64,000 nucleotides of DNA from Candidatus Cytomitobacter primus (GCF_008189405.1 NZ_CP043316.1:558258-622257); one strand, 5' to 3'; positions 1 to 10,622 are shown, counted from the stretch's first letter. Made by a program: numbers and translations. Notes: a model not told the origin generated them from the sequence alone.

Positions 1-293
1 AGTTTTAATTGGACTAGAGGGCATAATGGGCATATTCTACATGACAGAGTTGATGTCATTGCTAGATGTGCTGCAACCCAGCATGCACGATGTCAATGTG
101 CATAAAATAAATAATGCAAAACAACTATAACAATTAATTACAAAATTTGAATATAATAATAATTTGTGAATCTGATAAAATCTTATAATAAACTTTACAG
201 CATGTTATCTTGTAATTCTCAATTTCACTTAACATGATATAACAGTTTTATTTATAAATTTACTCAAATATCATAGTTATTGATGAGCTTCTA

Positions 294-731
294 TTACCTG
301 CTCATAGCCATAAAATCAGACTCACAAACCAACACATCATTTACAAATCCAGATCCAGAAAATTGGAAAATAGATCTTCTTTTTGATTTTTGTTTAACAA
401 TAAACTTCACATTATCACCTGGTTCGACAGACTTCCTGAATTTCGCTTTTTCAATTGACATGAATGCAACTCCACTTGGAATCTCTTCCTCATCATGTTT
501 ATAGGAATAGGCCACACACAATGTAGCAAGCTGAGCCATTGCTTCTATTAAAATCACACCTGGAACTACTGGATGATCTGGAAAGTGACCAGCAAAGAAA
601 TGTTCGTTAATAGTAAAACATTTATGCCCAATAGCAAACTCCCAAACTTTCACTTCTTCTATTTTATCTAAAAACAAAAATGGAAATCTATGAGGAATTA
701 AATTTTGTATTTGCGCAGTATTAAATAGCAT
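294..731 (-). CDS. fabZ: 3-hydroxyacyl-ACP dehydratase FabZ
   Basis: 145 aa. Hot-dog fold motifs HRFPFLFLD, FFAGHFPDHPVVPGVILIEAMAQ. The start overlaps the skp stop, as in the conserved bamA-skp-(lpxD)-fabZ cluster. Confidence 0.85.
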   Translation of the reverse strand: MLFNTAQIQNLIPHRFPFLFLDKIEEVKVWEFAIGHKCFTINEHFFAGHFPDHPVVPGVILIEAMAQLATLCVAYSYKHDEEEIPSGVAFMSIEKAKFRKSVEPGDNVKFIVKQKSKRRSIFQFSGSGFVNDVLVCESDFMAMSR

Positions 732-1273
732 TATTTATCATCTTTATTTAATTCTTGAATGATTTGATCTGTAACATTTGTTACAAATGCATTATCTTTC
801 GAAAATGCAACAACTGATGCAACAGAAATTATAATCATATTTGAATTTTTATTTGTTATTTTCTCTGACTCTTTAATAACTTTTTGCTGAAATTTTTCAA
901 TTATATTATTTTTTAATGAATTCATTTCTTCACTTTTAGCTTCAACCTCTTTTTGGAAAGATTCTTGCTGTTTGATCAATTGATTTTTTGATTCTTTCAA
1001 TGCATTCTTTTCAGAATCGTTTTTTGCCAATTCTTGTTTCTTTTTCAATGCTTCAAACTCACTATTTAGTTTGTTTTGTTTCTCTTGCCACTCTTTACTA
1101 TACTCTGAATTAAGCCTAGTTAGTTTTTGCTTCAATTCTCTGATCATATTTGATGAAGATGCAATTTTATCCATATCGATCATCGCAATTTTGATATTAT
1201 TCGACTTAACATTTGTCTCAGCATTTGCAAATAAAGCAAATGATACACAACACATTATGATTTTAAATAACAT
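731..1273 (-). CDS. skp: periplasmic chaperone Skp/OmpH-like
   Basis: 180 aa with an N-terminal signal-like segment. Lys/Glu-rich coiled-coil composition typical of OmpH. Sits between bamA and fabZ. Confidence 0.7.
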   Translation of the reverse strand: MLFKIIMCCVSFALFANAETNVKSNNIKIAMIDMDKIASSSNMIRELKQKLTRLNSEYSKEWQEKQNKLNSEFEALKKKQELAKNDSEKNALKESKNQLIKQQESFQKEVEAKSEEMNSLKNNIIEKFQQKVIKESEKITNKNSNMIIISVASVVAFSKDNAFVTNVTDQIIQELNKDDK

Positions 1274-1348
1274 AATTCCTCCTTATAATACATTAATCTA
1301 AACTTGCCCACATTAAAAGAACTTTCTATAAAAAATTCTAACTTAAGA

Positions 1349-3976
1349 TTATCTTAAAAATCCAACATTCAGTGTATTAAACGCATTTAAAGGTGATTTT
1401 GATCCAAGAAGTGGATAGTTTAAGGAAATTCCTAGTCCAAACATTCCTAATTTAAACTCTAATCCAGCTCCACATGATGCAACTGCTTTATACCTATTTT
1501 GCACTATATCTGCTGTATTATGATCCCATCCCCTTATATTACATAATTCTCTTGGAACTTTTTGTGATTCCAACCCACAGTCCCATAAGCTTCCTACGTC
1601 AAGAAATGCGAACCATTTAGATTGAAATGCTTTTGGCAAAATAAATGGAGCAGTAAATGTTGCGCTAGCACTAACAAACCTTTTTCCACCTAAAGTATTA
1701 AATCTCAAAGTATCTCTTGGCCCATGATGATCAAACCCCCTTACATTTGCAGATTTAAAATTATCAAACCAGCTATAATTATTTATCGGGATTATACTTC
1801 CTCCAGAAACTTTAATCACAAAATTATATTGATCTGTGAAGTTTCTTGTAAATTGCATAGATGCTATATTTTTTAGGAAATTTGAAGTTCCAATATTTAA
1901 TGAAGTGCCTAATTTAGCATTTAATACATTCTTATCATCATAGCTAGTAACTGAAAAAATGTAATTGCAATTTAATGCAACCTGATTCTTCCATTGACCA
2001 AATTTCTTTACGTTTTTATCAAAAAAGCGAGTTATTCCAATTCCTGTAGCATGAACATCTTTAGAATTTTTGATATATTTTACGTCATCTTCAATTGCAA
2101 TATGCTTTACACTTGGTGCTATTGCCAATGATATCCCATGATTTTTATTAGAATATTGAATACCTGCACGCAAATCAGACCCTCTTGTTTTTGTTAATAC
2201 AACTTGATTATTTTCATTCCAATATTCTACTTTATTGTCTGCATCATCTGCATTTAACCCATTAGGATTTGATTCTTTTGCAAGACTATCCGCATCAAGT
2301 TTTTTAGGAGCTAATTTGATATTATAATACTTATCATTATTTACATTATTAGTTTTGTTCAATATGCCTGAGTGCTTCATTCTTTGTGCAATCACTTGAT
2401 ATTGATTAGATACCTTATCAGACCATGTATTAAAATTAATCATATTCTCTTTAAAGCTACTATCTGCTTTTGCTGGCAAGAAAAACAAATCTCCACCAAC
2501 AAATAAGTGCAGTGGTTTTCCATTAATGAATCTTTCCTCTATCTCAGCTCCTAATGTTCTAGCATCACGAGATAAAGATAAATCTATTTGTACATTTTTA
2601 CCTAGACCTAAGAAATTAATATCTTTATATCCAATTGCAAATTCATATTCCATTCTTTTCTGGAAACTTGCGCTTAATTTAAAAAGTATTGTTCCAGTTT
2701 TAGCTTCTTTATAATCTAATATTAAATCTACTAACCCATCATACTCTTCAGGAACAATTGAAACATTCTCACAAAATCCAGATAACATTATATTTTTCTT
2801 ACTTGCAAATATATTTCTATCAGATAAAATATCACCTGGCTCTATAGCCATTCTTTTCAAGATTGCATTTTTATGTGTTCGTGTATTTCCATTAATAAAT
2901 ATATTATTTACTATTTTAGGTTGTGTTTTTGAAGTATGAAATTCTACATTTGCGTAACCTTTCTCCTTTATAATCTCATATCTAACTTTGTAATTATAAT
3001 ACCCTGAATCATGTAGCTTATCCTCTATAATAGCTTTGGCTTTTTTGATTTTCTCTTCTGAAAATACCATGCCTTTACTGATAATATCATGAATATCAAT
3101 TTTTACAGGAGTGAATACTGCTATATTCTTAAATTTATACTGCACTCCCTCTTCTAAGTTCACGACTAACACTTTATCATTATTAATCAATTCAATACTT
3201 ATAGAAGTGATTTTAAAATCTAAATAACCTAGATTATGGGCGTATTTCTCAAGCTGAATCTCACTTTGCTCAATAGAAGAAACACTAATACTTGTTTGTG
3301 TAAAAAGACCTAATACCGTTTTATTTTTTTTTGCTAAACTATTATACAAATCATCTTTATGAAACTCTTTATTCCCAATAAATATTGCTTTTTGAACTAA
3401 TTTTGGCTTCTTAACTGTAATGATAAATTTCAAGTTTATGCTGCCGTTCTCTTCATATGAATAGGACTTTACATCTACATATGCTGTTTCTTCAAACATT
3501 TGGTAAGTAGTACGCAATAAAGCTTCAGTTGATTTAATTGTTTGTGGTGAAATAAAGTTTCTTTTTTTCAGCCCTGTAACAGCTTCCCAATTTTCATTTA
3601 ATGATACAGAATTTTCAACTTTATAAGTAACTTTCTTCAATATTGGAAATTCTTCAACCTTCACATGCCATACGCCTTTTTTCTTTATTACATCAATCTT
3701 TTTAAAATAATTCTGCTCACTTAGAATTGATATAATATTATCTTTATCTATATCATGTATGGAATTTAATAAGGATTTAATCACATCTGTGGAAATTCGT
3801 TTATTTCCTTCAATGATATATTCTCGATCAGTAAGATGACTCTTCTCGTGTAATTCATTACTTATATCTGGTTTGGCAAATTCATGATTTATGGTTGATT
3901 TAGAAGGTTCACACTTCACGTAAGAAGCTGCAATTAAGTAACTAAATAAAATTGATAATAAAATAGAATTCATCAA
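1349..3976 (-). CDS. bamA: outer membrane protein assembly factor BamA (Omp85)
   Basis: 875 aa. Signal peptide, a POTRA-like N-terminal half and a C-terminal beta-barrel with alternating aromatic and Gly residues. Synteny rseP-bamA-skp. Confidence 0.85.
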   Translation of the reverse strand: MMNSILLSILFSYLIAASYVKCEPSKSTINHEFAKPDISNELHEKSHLTDREYIIEGNKRISTDVIKSLLNSIHDIDKDNIISILSEQNYFKKIDVIKKKGVWHVKVEEFPILKKVTYKVENSVSLNENWEAVTGLKKRNFISPQTIKSTEALLRTTYQMFEETAYVDVKSYSYEENGSINLKFIITVKKPKLVQKAIFIGNKEFHKDDLYNSLAKKNKTVLGLFTQTSISVSSIEQSEIQLEKYAHNLGYLDFKITSISIELINNDKVLVVNLEEGVQYKFKNIAVFTPVKIDIHDIISKGMVFSEEKIKKAKAIIEDKLHDSGYYNYKVRYEIIKEKGYANVEFHTSKTQPKIVNNIFINGNTRTHKNAILKRMAIEPGDILSDRNIFASKKNIMLSGFCENVSIVPEEYDGLVDLILDYKEAKTGTILFKLSASFQKRMEYEFAIGYKDINFLGLGKNVQIDLSLSRDARTLGAEIEERFINGKPLHLFVGGDLFFLPAKADSSFKENMINFNTWSDKVSNQYQVIAQRMKHSGILNKTNNVNNDKYYNIKLAPKKLDADSLAKESNPNGLNADDADNKVEYWNENNQVVLTKTRGSDLRAGIQYSNKNHGISLAIAPSVKHIAIEDDVKYIKNSKDVHATGIGITRFFDKNVKKFGQWKNQVALNCNYIFSVTSYDDKNVLNAKLGTSLNIGTSNFLKNIASMQFTRNFTDQYNFVIKVSGGSIIPINNYSWFDNFKSANVRGFDHHGPRDTLRFNTLGGKRFVSASATFTAPFILPKAFQSKWFAFLDVGSLWDCGLESQKVPRELCNIRGWDHNTADIVQNRYKAVASCGAGLEFKLGMFGLGISLNYPLLGSKSPLNAFNTLNVGFLR

Positions 3977-4872
3977 AACATACCTTTAAAAAATGGACTT
4001 ATATCTTTAAACATTACGAATATCATAATTGCAAAAGCAATATACATAGTAATCCCTGAAAATACTCGCGCAAACCTTGGGCTAATTAGATTTAGCACTT
4101 CATGCAAAATTCTACCTCCATCTAGTGGTAAGATTGGCATAAGATTTATCACCCCTAATCCTATAGATAAGATAATTAACCAATTCAAAATATCAGCAAA
4201 ATGATGATTCGCAATTATATTTTTAGTAGCTTTAATAACACTTACAGGGCCATTTAATTTCAGTGACATATTCTTAATAGAACGAATCAAGTGGCTTGCT
4301 GTTTTAATAAATAAATTCACAGAATATTTGATAGAACAAATAATAGATTTTACCAATCCAATTCTATTATATGACAAAGTTTCTTTAACCTGTTTGATAT
4401 TATCACTCATCACGAAAGAATTATCTTTTAATATGATTTTATACATTTTTTGATTGCTATTCGATTCCAAACTAATTGAGCCAATATAGACTTCTTCAAT
4501 CGCAGATATCTCATTATTATTCAAATACATTTTATTAGCAGGTTGACCAAAGTAATATAAAGATATAAATGATATGAAAATTGAGAAAATTAGGTTCCCA
4601 ATTGGTCCTCCCAAATATAAAAACACTTTAGGGAAGAATCGTAGATTCTGCTCTTCACATTGAATATATCCACCTAATGGAAGCAGCTTTATAACCCACT
4701 TTGTTTGTCTTTTATCTACATATGAAATAATATTAGGCCCAAAACCAATAGAAAACTCCTTAACTTGAGCTCCATTCAATCGAGCTATAAAATAATGACC
4801 TAATTCATGAAATATTACTATGATACCTATTACAGACACTGTTAATATTAAATTTAATATATTTAAATGCAT
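3973..4872 (-). CDS. rseP: RIP zinc metalloprotease RseP (short form)
   Basis: 299 aa. HELGHY zinc motif near the N-terminus, LPLDGGRIL motif near the C-terminus, multiple TM segments. Shorter than typical RseP, so the PDZ region looks reduced. Confidence 0.75.
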   Translation of the reverse strand: MHLNILNLILTVSVIGIIVIFHELGHYFIARLNGAQVKEFSIGFGPNIISYVDKRQTKWVIKLLPLGGYIQCEEQNLRFFPKVFLYLGGPIGNLIFSIFISFISLYYFGQPANKMYLNNNEISAIEEVYIGSISLESNSNQKMYKIILKDNSFVMSDNIKQVKETLSYNRIGLVKSIICSIKYSVNLFIKTASHLIRSIKNMSLKLNGPVSVIKATKNIIANHHFADILNWLIILSIGLGVINLMPILPLDGGRILHEVLNLISPRFARVFSGITMYIAFAIMIFVMFKDISPFFKGMF

Positions 4873-5036
4873 ATTTCATTTTAGCTAATAAATAAATTCA
4901 GAGCAATGAACGCTGTAAAATAACACTTAGGCTAATAGTATTAACATTACATCAATAAATCATGCTTCATGAAAAGAAAATGTATGTAATAATTAAAATA
5001 AAATTTACCTTTACAGATTATTTTTCTTGTTAAGCT

Positions 5037-5771
5037 ATGATTAATAATAAGATAGAAAATTCTTTTTTGATGAATTGTTTCCAAGAATTTATAAATGAAG
5101 TATTAAAGTTTCGTGAATTAGTATTGTTTAATAAAACAAGCTCAAATGCTAAAGAAATACAGGAGACGTTAATCAGGTTTATTATTTATAAACGAGATTT
5201 AGCAATAGAAGAGGGCACATTAATAGAAGCAGGATATCATGAAACTTCATATATTATGGCTGTATTTGCAGATGAAATCTTCATCAATCTAGATTGGGTT
5301 CATAAAGATGATTGGAAGAAAAATAATTTAGAGACTCAAGTATTTGATACGCATATAGGTGGTAGAAAATTATTTGAGAATATTGATCGTTTCTTGGACT
5401 CTAATGCAACTTATAAATATGATATAGGAAGTGCATACTTGTTTTGCTTAGGTTTAGGTTTCCGTGGAAAATACAGAGGAATAGATGATCATAATACTAT
5501 ACAAAATTATAAAAATAAATTATTTGATATAATCAACAACTATGAATCTAATGTGAATGACAATAGCTTATTCCCACAGGCTAAACAACATACAATTGTA
5601 AAGATCTCTACAGCAAGAATGAGCAGTTATAAAGTATGGTCCATGATCCTTGGGATTACAGTGCTAATTTATGCAAGCTTCAGCTATCTTGTATGGTATA
5701 GATCTGTCAAAGAAATATCTACATTAATCGATATTAGCCAAAAAGATATAGAGAGTATTAAAAATGGATAA
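5037..5771 (+). CDS. tssL: type VI secretion membrane subunit TssL (DotU family)
   Basis: 244 aa. DotU signature blocks YIMAVFADEIFINLDW, IGGRKLFENIDRF, YLFCLGLGFRGKYRG. Single C-terminal TM helix (VWSMILGITVLIYASFSYLVWY). Overlaps tssM by 8 nt. Confidence 0.8.
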   Translation: MINNKIENSFLMNCFQEFINEVLKFRELVLFNKTSSNAKEIQETLIRFIIYKRDLAIEEGTLIEAGYHETSYIMAVFADEIFINLDWVHKDDWKKNNLETQVFDTHIGGRKLFENIDRFLDSNATYKYDIGSAYLFCLGLGFRGKYRGIDDHNTIQNYKNKLFDIINNYESNVNDNSLFPQAKQHTIVKISTARMSSYKVWSMILGITVLIYASFSYLVWYRSVKEISTLIDISQKDIESIKNG

Positions 5772-8700
5772 CTTATTAACTACATTTATTATTAGCATGG
5801 TATCTGCATCAACATTCATGCTTTTAAATAAATCATATGTGAAAATGCCAAAAATAATTGCTTTTTTACGTAAGCATATCAAAAGCTTTGCAAAGTATGT
5901 TGCAAATTTATTCAGATTCGAAGCAGTATTTGATGATAGAATAAATAAATCATTTGACCATAATATGCATATTTTGTACTCATTTTTAGGTAGTGAAAAT
6001 TTCAAATATAAGCTCCCATTTATAATGGTTATTGGATCTGAAAGATCTGGAAAATCTGCCATAATTAATAGCTTGAAATTAGAGCGTACAATTGATGATC
6101 TAACTGAAAAAAATGAATTTTGTAATTGGTCATTTTTCAATGATGCTGTATTTCTTGAGATGCATAGTGCATTATTTTCATCAGGAGATTCATATGTATC
6201 CTCAGATGCAAGTAATTGGAATAAATTATTAAACACACTATCTTACCATAGACCTGAACGACCAATTGATAGCTTAGTTCTAACTATTTCTATAGAAGAT
6301 ATTCTTGATCACTCTATTAATTTAAGCAATATTGCAGAGCATTATTATATCAAACTATGGAAAATGCAAAAAACATTCAAAGTGAATTTTCCTATTTATG
6401 TTGTCTTTACTCATACAGATTTGATTCCAGGATTTTCACACTTTGTGCATGCTATACAAGAAACCCTACAAGATGACATATTCGGATGGTCTAATCCACA
6501 TTCAGTTAATGCAATTGAAAATATAGAATTTATAGAAGATGGAATTGATCAAATTATTAATCGATTAATGTTAATACAACAAGAAATCATGGCAAAAGAA
6601 ATATCTTCAGAAAATGGAATGTTCGTCTTTCCATTTGAAATACATAAACTCAAGCAAAGATTATCAGAATTTATGTACTATATTTTTAAAAGAAATTCAC
6701 TACACGATCATTTTATGTTACGAGGCATTTATTTCACTGGATCATCAAAGCACAATGCATATGTAAACCATGAATTCTCACAATCATTACAAAGTGTAGA
6801 GTTTGGATCGATTGTTAAAGCATCTTCATTGCATACTTCAGATGATATATTATTTACTACTAATTTATTTACAGATAAGATATTCAAAGAAAAAGGACTT
6901 ACTTTCCCATTATCTGGAAATATACTTAATAATTCTGCGAAAGTTAGAATGCTACAATATTTAGTTGGCTCTGTAATAATAGGTGGAATTGTAAGCCTAA
7001 TCCACTATGATTTGAGAATGAACAAAGTAAAATCTGAATTAAAGCATAATATTTCTAATATTCGATTATCAATTCATAATGCAAAATTAATATATAAAGG
7101 GTCATATGATGAGTTAGATAATGCAATATTTGAAGAGCAGTCTATTAAAATAATTAATGCCATGAAGCAAATACACCCTAAAGATTTATTTTCATACTCT
7201 ATGCCACCATCCTGGTTTTCTTCGATCCAAAGCAGGTTGAACACTCTATTAGGCAGAGCATATAATACTGTTGTTTTCAGATTTATTATGAATAAATTTA
7301 ATAATGATCTGAAAATGCTTGTATCTGATTACACTAATGATAAAATATCATACAAAAAGAATTTTCACCCATTACATTCCCGTGAATTCATTGCACTAAA
7401 TTCATATATCACTAAAATTGCTAAATTAGAAAATATACACTATAAAATCAAACGAGTCCCACATCTAAGAAATATTAATGATGTAATATATATAATGAAG
7501 CATCTCCTAAATATAGATGTGAGCAAGAGCCTTATACATAATAAGCGTGTATTCCAAAATGCATTAAAACATGTGCAAGTTGATATTCACTCATTTGATT
7601 CATACAAGAAAAATATTCGCATTAAATCTACAGGATTATTTGATAAATTTATAAATCATGCATTAGAATATGATAAAGTAATTCCTAATATTACAAAAAT
7701 AGAAAGTATTCTAGAGCGTATTGAGCAAAAAGAGAATTACGATATAGAATCATTAACTTCTTATTTTAATCAACTAACATCTGTATTTAACAAACAAGAT
7801 TTGCTGTGGATATCTAGCAATAAATCCAAATTTGGTGAACAAATAAACCACATGCTATATAAAGCGCAGGATAGTAATGTTTTAGGCCTTAAAATTGCAC
7901 AAAACATGAAAGAAAAAATTGAATTAAAGATTAAACAGCTAAAGCAAAAAGTAGTCAAACATAGACTACCTATGATTGGTGTAATATTTCAAGATAATGA
8001 TAATGGACAATTAGATTTTTCTAAAGATTTTGCAGAATTCCAAGGAATGCTTAATTTACTTGCTGGACAAAGTTTTATGAAAAACACTGATTATAAGATC
8101 AATCCTGACCTAAAAAGTAATATAGTTAAATGGAATTTACTCAAACTGGCAGAAATTGTAAAAATAATTAATGAGTTCAATAAATTCTCCAGCCATAAGA
8201 TTCTGTATAAGCATGAAAAAATCACACATGCCATGGCAATGGTCACATGCAGTAGTGTCATTAAAAATATTAAATATAACCTAGTCAGTAGCCAAAGCCA
8301 ATTTGATAATCTTGAATCTGATAATACTTTATTATCTAATATTCATCAAAACCTTGATGAAGCAAACAAATATCTCATTAAAATTTTATTATTTGTCAAA
8401 AACCGAAACTCTAATCTATTTACAGAGCTAAAAAATGTTTTACAAAAGCAAAATATATTATTCTTAGAAAAGTTAGATCAATTACTACAAAAGAAAGATT
8501 TATATAATATTTCTAACTCTGATCTATATTTAAATGGCACAAAAGAAGATATCCAAGAATACATTGCAAAACAGCAGGAACAAATTAAATACCTATCAGA
8601 ACTTTCTATACCTTCTGTACAAATACTAAGCAAAATCTCAGATATAGGATTAAAAATCTACTCTCCTATATTAAATAAATGGTCTGAAATCAATGATGCA

Positions 8701-9591
8701 GTAGTAAGAAGCAAGGAAGGAAAAAGCAATCAAATCAAATCAATAGAGACACTGATAATTACGTCTATTTTGAATAAGAAAAACTGTGATTATATGATTG
8801 CAGATCTTGATCAAAATAGTACAAGCTATTTCGAAAGGAAAAAACATAGCATATTACTTTCTATGAGTAAAAAATGCTTATTTGATAATTATAATACAAT
8901 CAAAGTTCAATATAGAAAAATTGTACAATATTTTAATCAGTATATGGCACACAGATTTCCATTTAATAAGAGCGCTAATGTAGAGATCACACCTGAAGAA
9001 GCTAAGCAATTCTTAGCAATTTGGAATGAGAAATCAATGAATTTAGATCTACTATCACATTACTTGAAACCGAACCATGCATGGATTGCTTTCCTTAAAC
9101 GAACACAAAGTATAATCCCATGGCTAGAATCCATGATAGATGGCAAAAAACATCCAGGGTCATTTATGGTAACTCTGAGGACAAATCGTGATCAAGAAAA
9201 ACTTGGAGATCACATTGCTATTTGGGACCTAAAATTCGGAGATAAAACCATTCACATGAATATGGACCCACAAGAGATTGAACTTAAAAACTACAATATG
9301 CACAATATCTTGCGCTTATCTAAGGAAAGTAAGCACTCATTCGAAAATGGAAAATCCTATGAAGTTAAATATAATGGTTTCTTTGGAATCGTAAAATTAA
9401 TAAATAAATTCTGTGCAAATCACTGCAAACAAAATAAACAGCTTAGATTGAGCATTCCACTACTAAGTGAAAATAGTAATTTAACTGTATGGTGTGATAT
9501 TGAGCTAAAAGGGAAGCTAAAAGAATGGCCAACTTTCCCTAAGCAAGCCCCTAATTTCCCTAAAAGCGAGGTAAAATTATGCATCAATTAA
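5764..9591 (+). CDS. tssM: type VI secretion membrane subunit TssM (IcmF family)
   Basis: 1275 aa. N-terminal TM helix, then a P-loop (LPFIMVIGSERSGKSAIINSL) and a Walker-B-like IYVVFTHTD. A further TM helix near aa 400 (LVGSVIIGGIVSLIHY). Large periplasmic C-terminal region. Sits immediately after the DotU gene and overlaps tssA by 13 nt. Confidence 0.8.
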   Translation: MDNLLTTFIISMVSASTFMLLNKSYVKMPKIIAFLRKHIKSFAKYVANLFRFEAVFDDRINKSFDHNMHILYSFLGSENFKYKLPFIMVIGSERSGKSAIINSLKLERTIDDLTEKNEFCNWSFFNDAVFLEMHSALFSSGDSYVSSDASNWNKLLNTLSYHRPERPIDSLVLTISIEDILDHSINLSNIAEHYYIKLWKMQKTFKVNFPIYVVFTHTDLIPGFSHFVHAIQETLQDDIFGWSNPHSVNAIENIEFIEDGIDQIINRLMLIQQEIMAKEISSENGMFVFPFEIHKLKQRLSEFMYYIFKRNSLHDHFMLRGIYFTGSSKHNAYVNHEFSQSLQSVEFGSIVKASSLHTSDDILFTTNLFTDKIFKEKGLTFPLSGNILNNSAKVRMLQYLVGSVIIGGIVSLIHYDLRMNKVKSELKHNISNIRLSIHNAKLIYKGSYDELDNAIFEEQSIKIINAMKQIHPKDLFSYSMPPSWFSSIQSRLNTLLGRAYNTVVFRFIMNKFNNDLKMLVSDYTNDKISYKKNFHPLHSREFIALNSYITKIAKLENIHYKIKRVPHLRNINDVIYIMKHLLNIDVSKSLIHNKRVFQNALKHVQVDIHSFDSYKKNIRIKSTGLFDKFINHALEYDKVIPNITKIESILERIEQKENYDIESLTSYFNQLTSVFNKQDLLWISSNKSKFGEQINHMLYKAQDSNVLGLKIAQNMKEKIELKIKQLKQKVVKHRLPMIGVIFQDNDNGQLDFSKDFAEFQGMLNLLAGQSFMKNTDYKINPDLKSNIVKWNLLKLAEIVKIINEFNKFSSHKILYKHEKITHAMAMVTCSSVIKNIKYNLVSSQSQFDNLESDNTLLSNIHQNLDEANKYLIKILLFVKNRNSNLFTELKNVLQKQNILFLEKLDQLLQKKDLYNISNSDLYLNGTKEDIQEYIAKQQEQIKYLSELSIPSVQILSKISDIGLKIYSPILNKWSEINDAVVRSKEGKSNQIKSIETLIITSILNKKNCDYMIADLDQNSTSYFERKKHSILLSMSKKCLFDNYNTIKVQYRKIVQYFNQYMAHRFPFNKSANVEITPEEAKQFLAIWNEKSMNLDLLSHYLKPNHAWIAFLKRTQSIIPWLESMIDGKKHPGSFMVTLRTNRDQEKLGDHIAIWDLKFGDKTIHMNMDPQEIELKNYNMHNILRLSKESKHSFENGKSYEVKYNGFFGIVKLINKFCANHCKQNKQLRLSIPLLSENSNLTVWCDIELKGKLKEWPTFPKQAPNFPKSEVKLCIN

Positions 9592-10451
9592 TTGAAATCA
9601 AAAATGCACTCACTAATCCAATAGCAAACATAAGAAATTCCAATATATTTGTACAGCTAGAGACACTAGTTGAGCAACACAGCGATGATCTTCCTAAAGG
9701 GGATTGGTCTATATCTAATGATAAAAAAGATTGGACTAAAATATCTACACTTTGCTTAGAAATATTAGTTAATAATAGTAAAGATATACAAGTCATAATA
9801 TGGCTTATTGAGGCAAATATTCATTTACGTAAAGATGTAAAAGAATCATTTGAGATTCTTGAATATATTATTGATAATCACTGGGATATCCAAGATAAAG
9901 ACTTCGCATATAAGGCTTTTACTAACTTTGATAAAACATTAAATATAATGCTTCCTCAGTATTTTGCTTTATATAAAAATGACAATATCTATTACACTCT
10001 TGCAAGTTTCATACAGAATAAATCCATGACTGATTTTGAGAAGCTTACCACTCAGGAATACGAGTATTCGCTGGAATTAGCAAATATTATCCAATCTCTC
10101 AAAGAAAAAGCAAGTGCAAAGATGGATAATAATATGATGGCTAAATCCATTACTATTACACAGAATTTTATTCAGAAAGTTAGGAATATCATGCAGAATC
10201 AACATATACAAAATGATTCTATAAAACAAAATATAGAAACAGAATCTAACAATATAAACACGCATAATATTACATCACGCGAACAAGCATACCAAATGAT
10301 TCAGGAAATAATGCTATATTTGAAAACTCATGATCCACATAGTGCAACTCCATATTTATTGCAAAAAGCATATGAGTGGGAGAAAAAATCATTTGTAGAT
10401 ATCATGAATGACTTTAATGACCCTGTTATCATTCAAAAAATATTTCAATAG
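9579..10451 (+). CDS. tssA: TssA-like protein (ImpA N-terminal domain)
   Basis: 290 aa. ImpA_N-like block SKDIQVIIWLIEANIHLRKDVKESFEILEYIIDNHWDIQ. Last gene of the overlapping tssL-tssM operon. Shorter than canonical TssA. Confidence 0.6.
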   Translation: MHQLIEIKNALTNPIANIRNSNIFVQLETLVEQHSDDLPKGDWSISNDKKDWTKISTLCLEILVNNSKDIQVIIWLIEANIHLRKDVKESFEILEYIIDNHWDIQDKDFAYKAFTNFDKTLNIMLPQYFALYKNDNIYYTLASFIQNKSMTDFEKLTTQEYEYSLELANIIQSLKEKASAKMDNNMMAKSITITQNFIQKVRNIMQNQHIQNDSIKQNIETESNNINTHNITSREQAYQMIQEIMLYLKTHDPHSATPYLLQKAYEWEKKSFVDIMNDFNDPVIIQKIFQ

Positions 10452-10570
10452 ACATATATCAGAATTATAAGATGTAACCACACACTTACATTAAGTATAA
10501 AGTAATCATATAATCATAATCTGTAAAGCCTTAGAATGCTTATTTCAGGTAGGTTTTCCTGCAAAATCTC

Positions 10571-10599
10571 TTGTTATTTAGGTGTAAATGTAACATAAT
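10571..10599 (+). promoter_or_regulatory. sigma70-like promoter TTGTTA-N17-CATAAT of family copy 1, followed by RBS AAGGGAG at 10612-10618
   Basis: The same hexamers with the same 17-nt spacing occur upstream of all three family copies. The surrounding ~80 bp is identical between copy 1 and copy 2. Confidence 0.5.
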
Positions 10600-10622
10600 A
10601 AGTCAATTTATAAGGGAGATAT

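Noticed and set aside
280-504. 74-aa ORF on the + strand
   Set aside because: Entirely antisense to the well-supported fabZ gene. Low-complexity translation. Artefact of AT-rich sequence.
1071-1301. 76-aa ORF on the + strand (also 2526-2714 +)
   Set aside because: Antisense within skp and bamA. No RBS or conservation argument.
5724-6236. 170-aa ORF on the - strand
   Set aside because: Lies antisense across the tssL/tssM junction. Both sense genes have strong family signatures.
7770-7958. 62-aa antisense ORF inside tssM
   Set aside because: Within a confidently called 1275-aa gene. No support.
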